A stretch of DNA of 64,000 nt from an uncultured Prevotella sp. (GCA_937895845.1 CALBLK010000030.1:22057-86056); one strand, 5' to 3'. Positions 19,394-28,979 are shown, counted from the first letter of the stretch. The notes: generated by a model from the sequence alone, not told the origin. Translations and numbers: made by a program.

Positions 19394-21184
19394 CTATTCG
19401 ATGGTGACACTGAAAGGAAGGGCCGCCTGCAGCCTGCCACGCTTGTCTGCCGTGCGCAGCGCCACCCACTCGCCGTAGTTGCTGCCCAGCAGCTCGCGCA
19501 TGCCGGCGTCCAGGTAGTTGCCGCTGCCCATCTGCTGTTGCAGCAGCGTCTCCCACCAGCTGCTCTGAGCCGGGTAGCTGGCAGTGTGGTAGCTCCCGGC
19601 CTTGGCCAGGCTGGCCGCCTTGGCCACCGCGTCGTCAAGTGATCCCAGCCGGTCAACCAGCTTGATCCGGGCCGCGTCAGCACCCAGCCACACCCGTCCC
19701 TGGGCGATGGCGTGTACCTGGCGCTTGGTCATTTTCCGACCGTCGGCCACAATGGCCAGGAAGCGGTCGTAGCCGCGGTCAACGTATGTCTGCATCATGT
19801 TCAGCACGTCTGTGTTGTCCTTGTCCATGGTAAGGTTCTCCATGGCATTGGTGTACCTGTTGGTGCCCACTTCGGAGAATGTGATGCCAAGCTTGTCGGT
19901 CATCAGCCCGCTGACATTCGGGATGAGGCCGAAGATGCCGATGCTCCCCGTGACTGACTGTGGCTCTGCAATGATATAGTTGGCCGCACAGCTGATCATG
20001 TAGCCGCCCGAGGCCGCCATGCCGCCCATGGACACCACCACCGGCTTCCTTTGCCTTAGCTTTTTCACGGCGTGCCATATCTGTTCGGAGGCCGTGGCGC
20101 TGCCGCCCCCCGAGTTGACCCTGATCACCACGGCCTTGACATTGTCGTCGTCGGCCAGCGCCCCGAGGTCTTCAGCCATGGTGCGGCCCACGATGCCTTG
20201 CTCTCCTGTTATTGCGCTTATGTCTTGGTCGGTGATGCCGCCAACGGCGTAATAGACAGCAATCTCGTCTCCCTCGCCGTCGTGTGGCTCGGGCAGCGCG
20301 CCCATGTCTGTCACCGAAACCTGCGTGATGTCATCGTCCTTTTCCAGTCCCAGGCGGCCCTTGATTTCCTGCTGCAGCTCCTCGGGGTAGAGCAGCTTGT
20401 CCACCAGCTTCATCTTCTGGTAGTCCTTCTGGTCGGCAAAAAGCAGGATGCTGTCGTTGGCGTAGCCGTCAAGGGCCTTGGCGCTCACCTTGCGGCTGGC
20501 TGCGATGCCGCGCAGCATGGCCTGCCAGATGCCGCTGAGGTAGGCCGTGCGCTGCTCGCGGTCCTCGGCGCTCATGCCGGTGCGTGTCTGCTGCTCCACG
20601 TAACTCTTGTACTTGCCCACGCGCGTGGCTTGGTAGCGCACTCCGATCTTGTCGTACAGCCCCTTGAGATACATTATCTTGCTTCCCATGCCGCGGAAGT
20701 CAATCATGCCCGTTGTGTTCAGGTAAACCTTGTCGGCCACCGAGGCGATATAGTAGGCGGCCTGTGTGTACTCGTCGCCGTAGGCCACCACCCACTTGCC
20801 GCTTTTCTTGAAGTCGGCCAGGGCCTTGCGGATGGCGGCGGCCGTTGCCGGGGAGTCAAAGGTCACCGGCCCGGCCTCGATGTAGATGCCCTTGACGTTG
20901 CCCTCGCCCTTAGCCTTGCGGATGGCCCCCACAATCTGGTCAAGCCCCATGGTCTCCATGTCGCTGCCCATCAGTCTGAACACCGGGGTCATGTTGTCGT
21001 TGGCCCGCTCCTCGACCGTGCCCGACAGCTTGATGGCCAGCACGGAGTTTGGCGCGACTTTGGGCGTTGAGCTTCCTGTTGCCAACATTGCGAAAACTGA
21101 AAACAGGCCAAGGACAGCCATAGAGGTGCACAGCAGCACGATGCCGGTCACCGTGGCCAAGGTGTATTTGATAAACTCTTTCAT
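19394..21184 (-). CDS. sppA: Signal peptide peptidase, 67K type
   Basis: Two S49 domains: GKYKS, RVNSGGGS, SMGGMAASGGY, TGSIG and QGRVWLG. Start at MKEFIK (21184). Confidence 0.95.
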   Translation of the reverse strand: MKEFIKYTLATVTGIVLLCTSMAVLGLFSVFAMLATGSSTPKVAPNSVLAIKLSGTVEERANDNMTPVFRLMGSDMETMGLDQIVGAIRKAKGEGNVKGIYIEAGPVTFDSPATAAAIRKALADFKKSGKWVVAYGDEYTQAAYYIASVADKVYLNTTGMIDFRGMGSKIMYLKGLYDKIGVRYQATRVGKYKSYVEQQTRTGMSAEDREQRTAYLSGIWQAMLRGIAASRKVSAKALDGYANDSILLFADQKDYQKMKLVDKLLYPEELQQEIKGRLGLEKDDDITQVSVTDMGALPEPHDGEGDEIAVYYAVGGITDQDISAITGEQGIVGRTMAEDLGALADDDNVKAVVIRVNSGGGSATASEQIWHAVKKLRQRKPVVVSMGGMAASGGYMISCAANYIIAEPQSVTGSIGIFGLIPNVSGLMTDKLGITFSEVGTNRYTNAMENLTMDKDNTDVLNMMQTYVDRGYDRFLAIVADGRKMTKRQVHAIAQGRVWLGADAARIKLVDRLGSLDDAVAKAASLAKAGSYHTASYPAQSSWWETLLQQQMGSGNYLDAGMRELLGSNYGEWVALRTADKRGRLQAALPFSVTIE

Positions 21185-21211
21185 ATTCTTACCGTTGTTG
21201 GTGTTCTCTCC

Positions 21212-21315
21212 ATGAGGATAGTGCCGGCGCGCGCAATGCGAGCTTGCTCTTTTATTGCCGGGCGCCGCCATATCCTATGCAAAGGTACTGCAAACCGCAG
21301 ACAATACAAAATAAA
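21212..21315 (-). promoter_or_regulatory. Repeated promoter plus structured 5'UTR element, copy A (upstream of sppA)
   Basis: TTTG-N19-TACCTTTG followed by a hairpin closed by aggata/tatcct. Nearly colinear with 33156-33259. Confidence 0.75.
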
Positions 21316-21417
21316 TGGCCGCGAAACAGTCTCTAATAATATAAATAAGGTGCAGTTTGCCCCGGTTATTGCTAATCTGTGCAGCGCTTGTACCTTTGCA
21401 AGAGCAAATGCCGAACG

Positions 21418-21571
21418 GCCGTTTCCGGCTTGCAAAATCGGTGTCTCGTGCCCGAACGGTCTGTTTCGGGCTGCGACATGGGCCGTTTCGGGCTGCGATA
21501 TGGGCCGTTTCAGGCTGCGATATGGGCCGTTTCAGGCCGCATGACAGACCGTTTCGCAAGCCGGAAACGGC
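21418..21571. repeat. 22-bp tandem repeat array bounded by perfect 16-bp inverted repeats
   Basis: About 4-5 units resembling gggccgtttcgggctgcgatat. Inverted repeats gccgtttccggcttgc (21418-21433) and gcaagccggaaacggc (21556-21571). Confidence 0.85.
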
Positions 21572-21755
21572 TGTTTTGCCAGCTGCCTGTCTGTTTTTGT
21601 CTGCCTGAATATTTCAAAATCCATCTTACTGTGGCACCGTTTATCAAGAAAAAGTGTTAGCTTTGCAGCACTAAAGGGAGAAAAGGTGGCTTAAATTCCC
21701 CCTTTTGGCTGGTTCAAACAGGTTGAAGAAGAGTAATAACAAACGAAAACTATCT

Positions 21756-23081
21756 ATGAAAATCAGATTACTTGCATTGGCGCTCCTGATGGTGAGCGTG
21801 CCCATGATGGGCAAGAAAAGACAGAAACAGCAGTTGTTTCCCGATGGCACACCGGTGCCGGCGTGGTTCAGTGACACCACCAAGGTGAGCCCAGACAACC
21901 TGGGCCGCCGCTATGTGATTACCGACTATGGCGTTTCGACCGACTCCACCATTGTGCAGACCGAGCGCATACAGGCCGTCATCGACCGTGCCGCCAAGGA
22001 TGGCGGTGGCGTGGTGGTGGTGCCAAAGGGTGTGTTCCTCAGCGGCTCCCTCTTCTTCAGGCAGAGTGTCAACCTGCTGGTCGAGGAGCAGGGCGTGCTC
22101 AAGGGCAGTGACCGTATCCGCGACTACAAGGTGACCACCACGCGCATGGAGGGGCAGACCCTGAAATACTTTGCCGCGCTGGTCAACGCCGACGGCACCG
22201 ACGGCTTCACCATTGCGGGCCGGGGCACCATCAACGGCAACGGGCGCAGCTTCTGGGAGGAGTTCTGGATACGCCGGCAAATCAACCGCCAGTGTACGAA
22301 CCTGGAGGCCATGCGCCCTCGGCTGGTCTACATCTCCAACAGCCGCAATGTCACCGTGCAGGATGTGCGGCTCGTCAACAGCGGATTCTGGACCAACCAC
22401 CTCTACAAGTGCGAGTATGTGCGCTACCTTGGCTGCTACATCTATGCGCCCACCAGCGGTGTCAAGGCCCCCAGCAGCGACGCCATTGACATTGACGTGT
22501 GCAAGAACGTGCTGGTGCGCGGCTGCTACATGAGTGTGAACGACGACGCCGTGGTGCTCAAGGGCGGCAAGGGCACCTGGGCCGACACCGACCCCAACAA
22601 CGGGCCAAACTCGAACATCATCATCGAAAACTGCACCTATGGCCGCGTGCACGGATGCCTCACCCTGGGCAGCGAGTCGCTTCACGACCGCAACGTCATC
22701 CTGCGCAACTGCACCTTTGCCAGCGCCAACAGGGTGCTCTGGCTGAAGATGCGCCCCGACACGCCCCAGCACTATGAGTATGTCACGGTCGAGAATGTGA
22801 GCGGCACGTGCAGCAGCTTCCTCGTGGTGCGCCCCTGGACACAGTTCTTCAAGCCCGAGAAGCGCGACGACATGCCGCTGTCAACCTGCAACAACATCAC
22901 CGTGAGAAACATCAAGGTGAAAAGCAAGAACTTCTTTGACGTGGGCCGCTCGGACAAGTACAGGCTTACCGACTTCACCTTCGAGAACTGCGTGGTGACC
23001 GACGAGAAAGTGGCTTTCGACAAGAAACTGATAGCCAACTGCGTGACCAAGAACCTGAAAATCAACGGTGACGGCTATTGA
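21756..23081 (+). CDS. Glycoside hydrolase family 28 (exo-galacturonidase / rhamnogalacturonase-like)
   Basis: Signal peptide and beta-helix repeats; SSDAIDID, NDDAVVLKGG, HGCLTLGSE and LKMR motifs. Start at MKIRLL (21756), with TAGCTTTG at 21658. Confidence 0.88.
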   Translation: MKIRLLALALLMVSVPMMGKKRQKQQLFPDGTPVPAWFSDTTKVSPDNLGRRYVITDYGVSTDSTIVQTERIQAVIDRAAKDGGGVVVVPKGVFLSGSLFFRQSVNLLVEEQGVLKGSDRIRDYKVTTTRMEGQTLKYFAALVNADGTDGFTIAGRGTINGNGRSFWEEFWIRRQINRQCTNLEAMRPRLVYISNSRNVTVQDVRLVNSGFWTNHLYKCEYVRYLGCYIYAPTSGVKAPSSDAIDIDVCKNVLVRGCYMSVNDDAVVLKGGKGTWADTDPNNGPNSNIIIENCTYGRVHGCLTLGSESLHDRNVILRNCTFASANRVLWLKMRPDTPQHYEYVTVENVSGTCSSFLVVRPWTQFFKPEKRDDMPLSTCNNITVRNIKVKSKNFFDVGRSDKYRLTDFTFENCVVTDEKVAFDKKLIANCVTKNLKINGDGY

Positions 23082-23102
23082 TCCCGGCCGTCACGCTGCC
23101 GC

Positions 23103-23187
23103 GCTTGCTGCAAACGCGAGATGAAACCTAAACCGAAAGTGCCACTTTTATTTGGTTTTCTCTCGTGTTTGCATTAACTTTGCAAGC
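23103..23187 (+). promoter_or_regulatory. Promoter embedded in the right arm of a long imperfect palindrome
   Basis: TTTG (23151), N20, TAACTTTG (23175). The left arm gcttgc-tgcaaacgcgaga-tgaaacc is complementary to the promoter arm. Confidence 0.65.
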
Positions 23188-23207
23188 ACCATTACCCTTT
23201 TCACAAG

Positions 23208-23570
23208 ATGAGCAGAGAGCCTTTGGCCAGGCTGGGCCGTGTGTGGAACACATTCCGCCGCTACAAGTCATTGAAATACATTGTCGTTGTTCTGCTGGGA
23301 GTGCTCCTTGTCGGCTTCCTTGACGAGAACAGCGTGTGGAATCACTTTAACAACCGGAGGCAGATTGGCGAGCTGCGTGAGGAGATTGCGCGCCAGCGTG
23401 CCCGGTACGAGGCCGACCGGCGCCAGATCCGGCTGCTTGACACCGACCCCAAGACCATCGAGAAAATAGCCCGCGAGCGCTATTTCATGAAGGCTGAAGA
23501 CGAGGACATCTTTGTGCTGAGTGATGACAAACGAAAGTCTCAACCTACCGAAAATGGACCAACTGAGTAA
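23208..23570 (+). CDS. Septum formation initiator family protein (FtsB/DivIC)
   Basis: Single TM helix, coiled coil and IEKIARERYFMK..EDIF motif. Confidence 0.85.
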   Translation: MSREPLARLGRVWNTFRRYKSLKYIVVVLLGVLLVGFLDENSVWNHFNNRRQIGELREEIARQRARYEADRRQIRLLDTDPKTIEKIARERYFMKAEDEDIFVLSDDKRKSQPTENGPTE

Positions 23571-23955
23571 AACAGAGAGCGCCATCTTCCTCCTTGGTGG
23601 CGTGCTGATGGTGATAGGAAGCGGGGCCAGCGTGCTTGCCAGGCCGTGGGCCCCCTACCTCTTTTCAATGGGCGCACTGGCCTTTTCCCTGATGCAGTTC
23701 AAGCAGAAGTACAGGGGCGGCAGCTTTGTCGTGCGCCGCCTCCGCAGGATCATGCTGCTCAGCGACGTGCTCTTCCTGCTGACCGCCGTGCTGATGTTTG
23801 TCGACAGCCTCAACCTCTTCCGGCTGGACTACCTGTCATACGTGCAGTATGTCCACAACAACTGGGTGCTTACCTTGCTGGTGGCTGCCGTGCTGCAGCT
23901 CTACGCCACGCACAGGATGGGGCGCGAGCTGGACAGGGAGGCAAAAAAAAGCTAA
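23554..23955 (+). CDS. Hypothetical four-TM membrane protein
   Basis: Four hydrophobic segments, operon-like overlap with the upstream gene, start at MDQLSK. Confidence 0.75.
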   Translation: MDQLSKTESAIFLLGGVLMVIGSGASVLARPWAPYLFSMGALAFSLMQFKQKYRGGSFVVRRLRRIMLLSDVLFLLTAVLMFVDSLNLFRLDYLSYVQYVHNNWVLTLLVAAVLQLYATHRMGRELDREAKKS

Positions 23956-24055
23956 AAGTCGGCGGCATAGTTTTAAATAGCATGAATTTATTTTCCCATA
24001 TCGGCAGAACATCGTACATTTGAAGCATAGTATCGTGTAAAACAGAAGACCGGAT

Positions 24056-24832
24056 ATGAACAGAATCATCATACTCTTAGTGACGGCCGCTTGCATGGTG
24101 TCGTGTGCCAACTCCTATAACGTGCAAGGCTCCTCTTCGGTGTCCTCGCTTGACGGGAGCAAGCTCTACCTCAGGACCAACAAGGGCGACGGGGTGAAGA
24201 CAATAGACTCCTGTGACGTGCTGCACGGACGGTTTATGTTCAGCGGTGTGCTTGACACGGTGCGCATCGCCAACCTCTTCATGGGCGACGAGAGCATCCT
24301 TCCCATCGTGCTTGAGAGGGGGGATATCAGCATCACCATCGGCAATGCAAGCCAGGTGGTGAGCGGAACGCCGCTCAACGACAGGCTGTATGAGTTTCTC
24401 GACAGGCACAAGCAGTTGGACAACCAGCTGTCCGAACTGTCGCACCGGCAGAGCCAGATGATGCTTGACGGCATTGACGAGCACGTGATCAACGAGAAGC
24501 TCGCCGGCGAGGAGGCGCGCATCATGAAAGAGGAAGACCGGCTGGTCACCGCTTTTATCGTGGACAACTTTGACAATGTGCTCGGCCCGTGGGGCTTCAT
24601 GGCGATTACCTGCGGCTTCAAGTATCCGGTGCTCACCCCCCAGATTGAGGACATCATGAGCAAGGCCACCGAGAAATTCAAGCGCGACCCTTACGTGAAG
24701 GATTATTACCAGACCGCATCGGAGAACGAGGCGAAGATGCAGGGCCTTGACCCCGAACAGTCTGCCGCCGGGCGTCAGGCGGACAGTGCCGGCCCGGCAG
24801 CCGTTCCTGCGGGCAGCGTGCTACAGGAATGA
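24056..24832 (+). CDS. DUF4369-like lipoprotein
   Basis: Lipobox MVSC, pattern YNVQG...KLYL...IDS...G.F.F.G and SGTPLND. Confidence 0.75.
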   Translation: MNRIIILLVTAACMVSCANSYNVQGSSSVSSLDGSKLYLRTNKGDGVKTIDSCDVLHGRFMFSGVLDTVRIANLFMGDESILPIVLERGDISITIGNASQVVSGTPLNDRLYEFLDRHKQLDNQLSELSHRQSQMMLDGIDEHVINEKLAGEEARIMKEEDRLVTAFIVDNFDNVLGPWGFMAITCGFKYPVLTPQIEDIMSKATEKFKRDPYVKDYYQTASENEAKMQGLDPEQSAAGRQADSAGPAAVPAGSVLQE

Positions 24833-26163
24833 TGAGGACAAGAATTGACAATGCCCTGGTGGTCAATGAGGGCCGCGCGTTTGCCGGCTCTGTCTTGGTA
24901 GACGGAGAGGAGATTGCTGCGGTGGCACCCGGCGAGGGTGTCGGCACTGGCATGGCTGCTGACCGCGTGATTGACGCCCGGGGAAGCTGCCTGCTGCCTG
25001 GCGTGATTGACGACCACGTACATTTCCGCGAGCCCGGACTGGTTGACAAGGCTGACATTGAAAGTGAGAGCCGGGCTGCTGCAGCGGGCGGTGTGACCAC
25101 CTATTTCGACATGCCCAACACCGTTCCCCAAACCACCTCGCTGGCTGCACTGGCCGGCAAGCGGGCACTGGCCTCGGCCAAGAGCCATGTCAACTATGCC
25201 TTCTTCTTCGGCGCAACCAACGGCAATTCTGATGAGATAGAACAGCTTGACCCTCACAGTGTGCCCGGCATCAAGCTGTTTATGGGGTCGTCGACCGGCA
25301 ATATGCTGGTGGACAGCGACGCAGCCCTGAACCGTATTTTCACCCGCACCGGTCTCCCCGTCATGGCGCATTGCGAGGACACGCAGCTCATCAGCCGGAA
25401 TATGGAGCGGGCAAAGGCCCTCTACGGTCCCGACCCCGACGTGAGCTTGCACCCCGCCATCCGCAGCGAGGAGGCTTGCTACCGCTGCACCAGGCGTGCC
25501 GTTGAGCTGGCCCTGCGCACCGGGGCGCGCCTCCATGTGGCTCATGTCAGTACGGCCCGCGAACTGGAACTGATACCCACGGGCAGCTCTTCGCGCATTA
25601 CGGCTGAGGCCGTAGTGGCCCACCTGCTTTTCTCCGATGCCGACTATGCCACGCTTGGAGCGCGGATCAAGGTGAACCCGGCGGTCAAGACCGCCGCAGA
25701 CCGTGACGCCTTGCGCCATGCGCTCACCGACGGGCGCATCGCCGTCGTGGCTACCGACCACGCCCCCCACCTGCTGTCGCAGAAGCGGGGCGGCTGTGTC
25801 ACGGCGGCCTCGGGCATGCCCATGATTCAATTCTCATTGGTCTCCATGCTCGAGCTGGTTGACCTAAAGGTGCTTTCGCTGCCGCGCCTGGTGGAGCTGA
25901 TGTGCCATAACCCCGCCCGGCTGTTTGGAGTGAGAGGGCGCGGCTACATCCGCAGGGGCTACAAGGCCGACCTCGTGCTGGTGCGCCGCGGAGAGCCCTG
26001 GCGTGTCACCCCGGAAATCATCGAGAGCAAGTGTGGCTGGAGCCCGGTGGAGGGCCATGCCTATTCGTGGCGGGTAGAGTGCACATGGTGTAACGGGCAC
26101 ATGGTCTGCCGCAACGGCGTGGTAGACCGTAGCTACAAGGGACAGGCAGTCGTATTCAGATGA
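24829..26163 (+). CDS. pyrC: Dihydroorotase
   Basis: PGVIDDHVHFREPG, DMPNT, HCED, KVNP, ATDHAPH and SKCGWSP motifs. Confidence 0.92.
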   Translation: MMRTRIDNALVVNEGRAFAGSVLVDGEEIAAVAPGEGVGTGMAADRVIDARGSCLLPGVIDDHVHFREPGLVDKADIESESRAAAAGGVTTYFDMPNTVPQTTSLAALAGKRALASAKSHVNYAFFFGATNGNSDEIEQLDPHSVPGIKLFMGSSTGNMLVDSDAALNRIFTRTGLPVMAHCEDTQLISRNMERAKALYGPDPDVSLHPAIRSEEACYRCTRRAVELALRTGARLHVAHVSTARELELIPTGSSSRITAEAVVAHLLFSDADYATLGARIKVNPAVKTAADRDALRHALTDGRIAVVATDHAPHLLSQKRGGCVTAASGMPMIQFSLVSMLELVDLKVLSLPRLVELMCHNPARLFGVRGRGYIRRGYKADLVLVRRGEPWRVTPEIIESKCGWSPVEGHAYSWRVECTWCNGHMVCRNGVVDRSYKGQAVVFR

Positions 26164-27014
26164 CCGAACACGGAAAGCGCATGACACAGCCCAAGAAAGT
26201 GACCTATTCCATCAGCCAGCTCGTGCCCTACATCAACTGGAGGTATTTCTATTATGCCTGGCAGGTGACCGACAGGGCCGAGCGGCGGCGCTTGCGCGCC
26301 GAGGCCGAGCGGCTGCTCGGCGACATGGACGGACGCTACCATGCCTATGCCCTCTGCCTCTTGGCCGAGGCTTATGGCGATGGCGACGACCTGCTGCTCA
26401 ACGGAGAGCGGCTCCCCCTGTTGCGCCAGCAGCATGCCGAGAAAGGGAAGCCCTGTCTCTGCCTGTCCGACTTTGTGCGGCCGGTGGAACAGGGCGTGCC
26501 CGACACGGTGGGTGTCTTCGCCACGTCAGTAGACCGCTCGGTGGTGACCGACAGCGGCCATGATGACTATCAGAAAATGATGGCGCAGCTGCTGGCCGAC
26601 CGTTTGGCCGAGGCCGCCGCCGAGCGCGTGCACGAGCAGGTGCGCCGCACAGACTGGGGCTACGCCCCCAACGAGCGCCTTACCGTGGAGCAGCTCCATG
26701 CCGAGCGTTTCCAGGGCATACGGCCGGCTGTGGGCTATCCGTCATTGCCCGACACCAGTGTCAACTTTCTCATTGACCGGCTGCTTCATCTCGCTGACAT
26801 CGGCATCCGTCTGACCGAGAGCGGCGCCATGATTCCCCATGCCAGCGTGAGCGGACTGATGCTCGCTCACCCCGAGGCACGTTACTTCACCATCGGCTCC
26901 ATCGACGAGACCCAGCTGGCCGACTATGCCGGCCGCCGCGGACTCCCGGTCGAATTGCTCCGCAAGTTCCTGGGCGGAATGGTGGCCCACAGTACAACAG
27001 CCAAACCCCTGTAG
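26160..27014 (+). CDS. Stand-alone B12-dependent methionine synthase reactivation (SAM-binding) domain
   Basis: YINW..F..AW, LRQQ, CLSDF, LADRLAEA.AE..H..VR..WGY, GIRPAVGYPS.PD and P.ASVSGL correspond to the MetH C-terminal domain only. Confidence 0.88.
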   Translation: MTEHGKRMTQPKKVTYSISQLVPYINWRYFYYAWQVTDRAERRRLRAEAERLLGDMDGRYHAYALCLLAEAYGDGDDLLLNGERLPLLRQQHAEKGKPCLCLSDFVRPVEQGVPDTVGVFATSVDRSVVTDSGHDDYQKMMAQLLADRLAEAAAERVHEQVRRTDWGYAPNERLTVEQLHAERFQGIRPAVGYPSLPDTSVNFLIDRLLHLADIGIRLTESGAMIPHASVSGLMLAHPEARYFTIGSIDETQLADYAGRRGLPVELLRKFLGGMVAHSTTAKPL

Positions 27015-27020
27015 TGCAAT

Positions 27021-28205
27021 ATGATTTCAAGAATACTCTTTGTCCTGCTCCCCCTGGTCCTGCTGCCGTTCCTTTACGTTGACTTGTGCTGGCTGCGCCG
27101 CCGCGGGGTGGGGCGGCTGTACCGGCTGCTCTGGTGGATTCCCTGTCTGCTGATGCTCGTCTGGACCCTGCTGCTGGGCTGCTCGCGGAAGTTTGTCCCG
27201 TCCGACATGGGAGCGGTCAATGCCTATCTCTTCTTGTTAGGGCTGGTCGTCATCCCCCTCTTTTTGTTCTCCCTCTGCGCTGCTGTGGGCGGCGTGCTCG
27301 GACGGCTGTTCCGCAGCCGGCGCAACTACGGCGTTGCCGTGGGCCTGTTGCTTGTGCCTGTCCTGTGGTACGTCCTGCTGTGGGGAACCTTCGTTGGCCC
27401 CAGGCTGCTCACTGTCCGGCGGGTCACCGTCAGCTCGCCGTCGCTTCCCCGGGCGTTTGACGGCTACCGGCTGGTGCACTTTTCCGACTTGCACGCCGGC
27501 ACATTCGACAAGTCGCGCCGCGGCTACCTCCGGCGAGCGGTAGACACCATCAACGCCCTGGAGCCCGATGCCGTGATGTTCACCGGCGACTTGCAGAACC
27601 TCAAGCCCGATGAGGTCTATCCCGTGCAGGGCATCCTCAGCCGCATCCATGCGCGCGACGGCGTGTACTCGGTGATGGGCAACCACGACTATCCCATATA
27701 TGTTCAGGCTTCGGTCGTTGACAAGGAATACTATCTTGAGAAGTTGAAGGCCGTGGAGCATGACCTGGGGTGGAACCTGCTGGACAACAGCCACCTGAAG
27801 ATTCGCCGAGGAGCCGACTCTATTGTCGTCGCGGGCATGGAGAACGACGGTGACGGCCGCCACTTCCCCCAGCGGGGCGATGTGCCCTCCACGCTGAGCG
27901 GACTGGGAATGGACAGCTACATCATCATGCTCCAGCACGACCCCACGGCGTGGCGGCGCAAGATTCTGCCCCAGTGTGGCGCGCAGCTGACCCTCAGCGG
28001 CCACACCCATGCCATGCAGTTCGAACTCTTCGGCTGGTCGCCGGCCTCCCTGTTCTTCCGTGAGTGGGGCGGCGTTTACACCATGCCCGATGGCCGCGCG
28101 CTCAATGTGTCAACCGGACTTGGCGGCTTCCTGCCTTTCCGCTTCGGCGTTCCGGGCGAGATAGTGGTCATCACCCTCAGGCGCGGGGCTCCGAAGGCCA
28201 GCTGA
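27021..28205 (+). CDS. Membrane-anchored metallophosphoesterase (YkuE-like)
   Basis: N-terminal TM helices; SDLH, TGDL, GNHD, HDP and SGHTH motifs. Confidence 0.88.
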   Translation: MISRILFVLLPLVLLPFLYVDLCWLRRRGVGRLYRLLWWIPCLLMLVWTLLLGCSRKFVPSDMGAVNAYLFLLGLVVIPLFLFSLCAAVGGVLGRLFRSRRNYGVAVGLLLVPVLWYVLLWGTFVGPRLLTVRRVTVSSPSLPRAFDGYRLVHFSDLHAGTFDKSRRGYLRRAVDTINALEPDAVMFTGDLQNLKPDEVYPVQGILSRIHARDGVYSVMGNHDYPIYVQASVVDKEYYLEKLKAVEHDLGWNLLDNSHLKIRRGADSIVVAGMENDGDGRHFPQRGDVPSTLSGLGMDSYIIMLQHDPTAWRRKILPQCGAQLTLSGHTHAMQFELFGWSPASLFFREWGGVYTMPDGRALNVSTGLGGFLPFRFGVPGEIVVITLRRGAPKAS

Positions 28206-28232
28206 CGCAAACCGCTAACCAATCCTCAGACA

Positions 28233-28979
28233 ATGAAATACCTTTATCGCATTTACCAGTTGCTCGTGGCAGTGCCCCTGCTTGTCGTGGCCACTGTCAT
28301 CACAGCCCTGGCCGTGACGTTGGGCTGTCTTGCTGGCGACGGCCACTACTGGGGGTATTACCCAGGCAAGTGGTGGTCCAGGGCCATCGTCAGGCTGTTC
28401 CTGCTCCCCGTTACGGTCAAGGGACGCGAGCACCTTGAGCCCGGACAGTCGTACGTGTTTGTGGCCAACCACCAGGGAGCCTTTGACATCTTTCTGGTCT
28501 ATGGCTTCCTGTGCCGCAATTTCAAGTGGATGATGAAGCGCGAAATCCGCAAGATACCCTTTGTGGGATTTGCCTGCAAGATGTCACACCAGATATTCGT
28601 TGACAGGCGCGGGCCAAGCAAGGTGTGGGAAACCTACGAGCAGGCCCGCCGCACTCTGGACAGCGGCATGAGCCTCTTTGTGTTCCCCGAGGGCGCGCGT
28701 ACCTTTACCGGCAGGATGTCACCTTTCAAGAAAGGGGCGTTCATGCTGGCCGACGAGCTGCAGCTGCCGGTGGTGCCCATCACCATCAACGGGCCGTTTG
28801 AGGTGCTGCCGCGCTCCGGCCAGTGCTTCGTGAAGTGGCACCGGCTGAGCATGGTCATCCACAAGCCCATCAGCCCGGCGGGAAAGGGTGTCGACAACGT
28901 GAGGGCCTTGATGCGCCAGAGCTACGATGCCGTGAAGAGCGGCTTGGATCCGCAGTACCTCTCTCCCGACAACACTTGA
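28233..28979 (+). CDS. plsC: 1-acyl-sn-glycerol-3-phosphate acyltransferase
   Basis: NHQGAFD (HxxxxD), FVDR, FPEGAR and FKKG motifs. Confidence 0.88.
   Translation: MKYLYRIYQLLVAVPLLVVATVITALAVTLGCLAGDGHYWGYYPGKWWSRAIVRLFLLPVTVKGREHLEPGQSYVFVANHQGAFDIFLVYGFLCRNFKWMMKREIRKIPFVGFACKMSHQIFVDRRGPSKVWETYEQARRTLDSGMSLFVFPEGARTFTGRMSPFKKGAFMLADELQLPVVPITINGPFEVLPRSGQCFVKWHRLSMVIHKPISPAGKGVDNVRALMRQSYDAVKSGLDPQYLSPDNT

Noticed and set aside
21458..21567. 22-bp arrays as CRISPR arrays
   Set aside because: Units are contiguous with no unique spacers, are degenerate, and there are no cas genes in the window.
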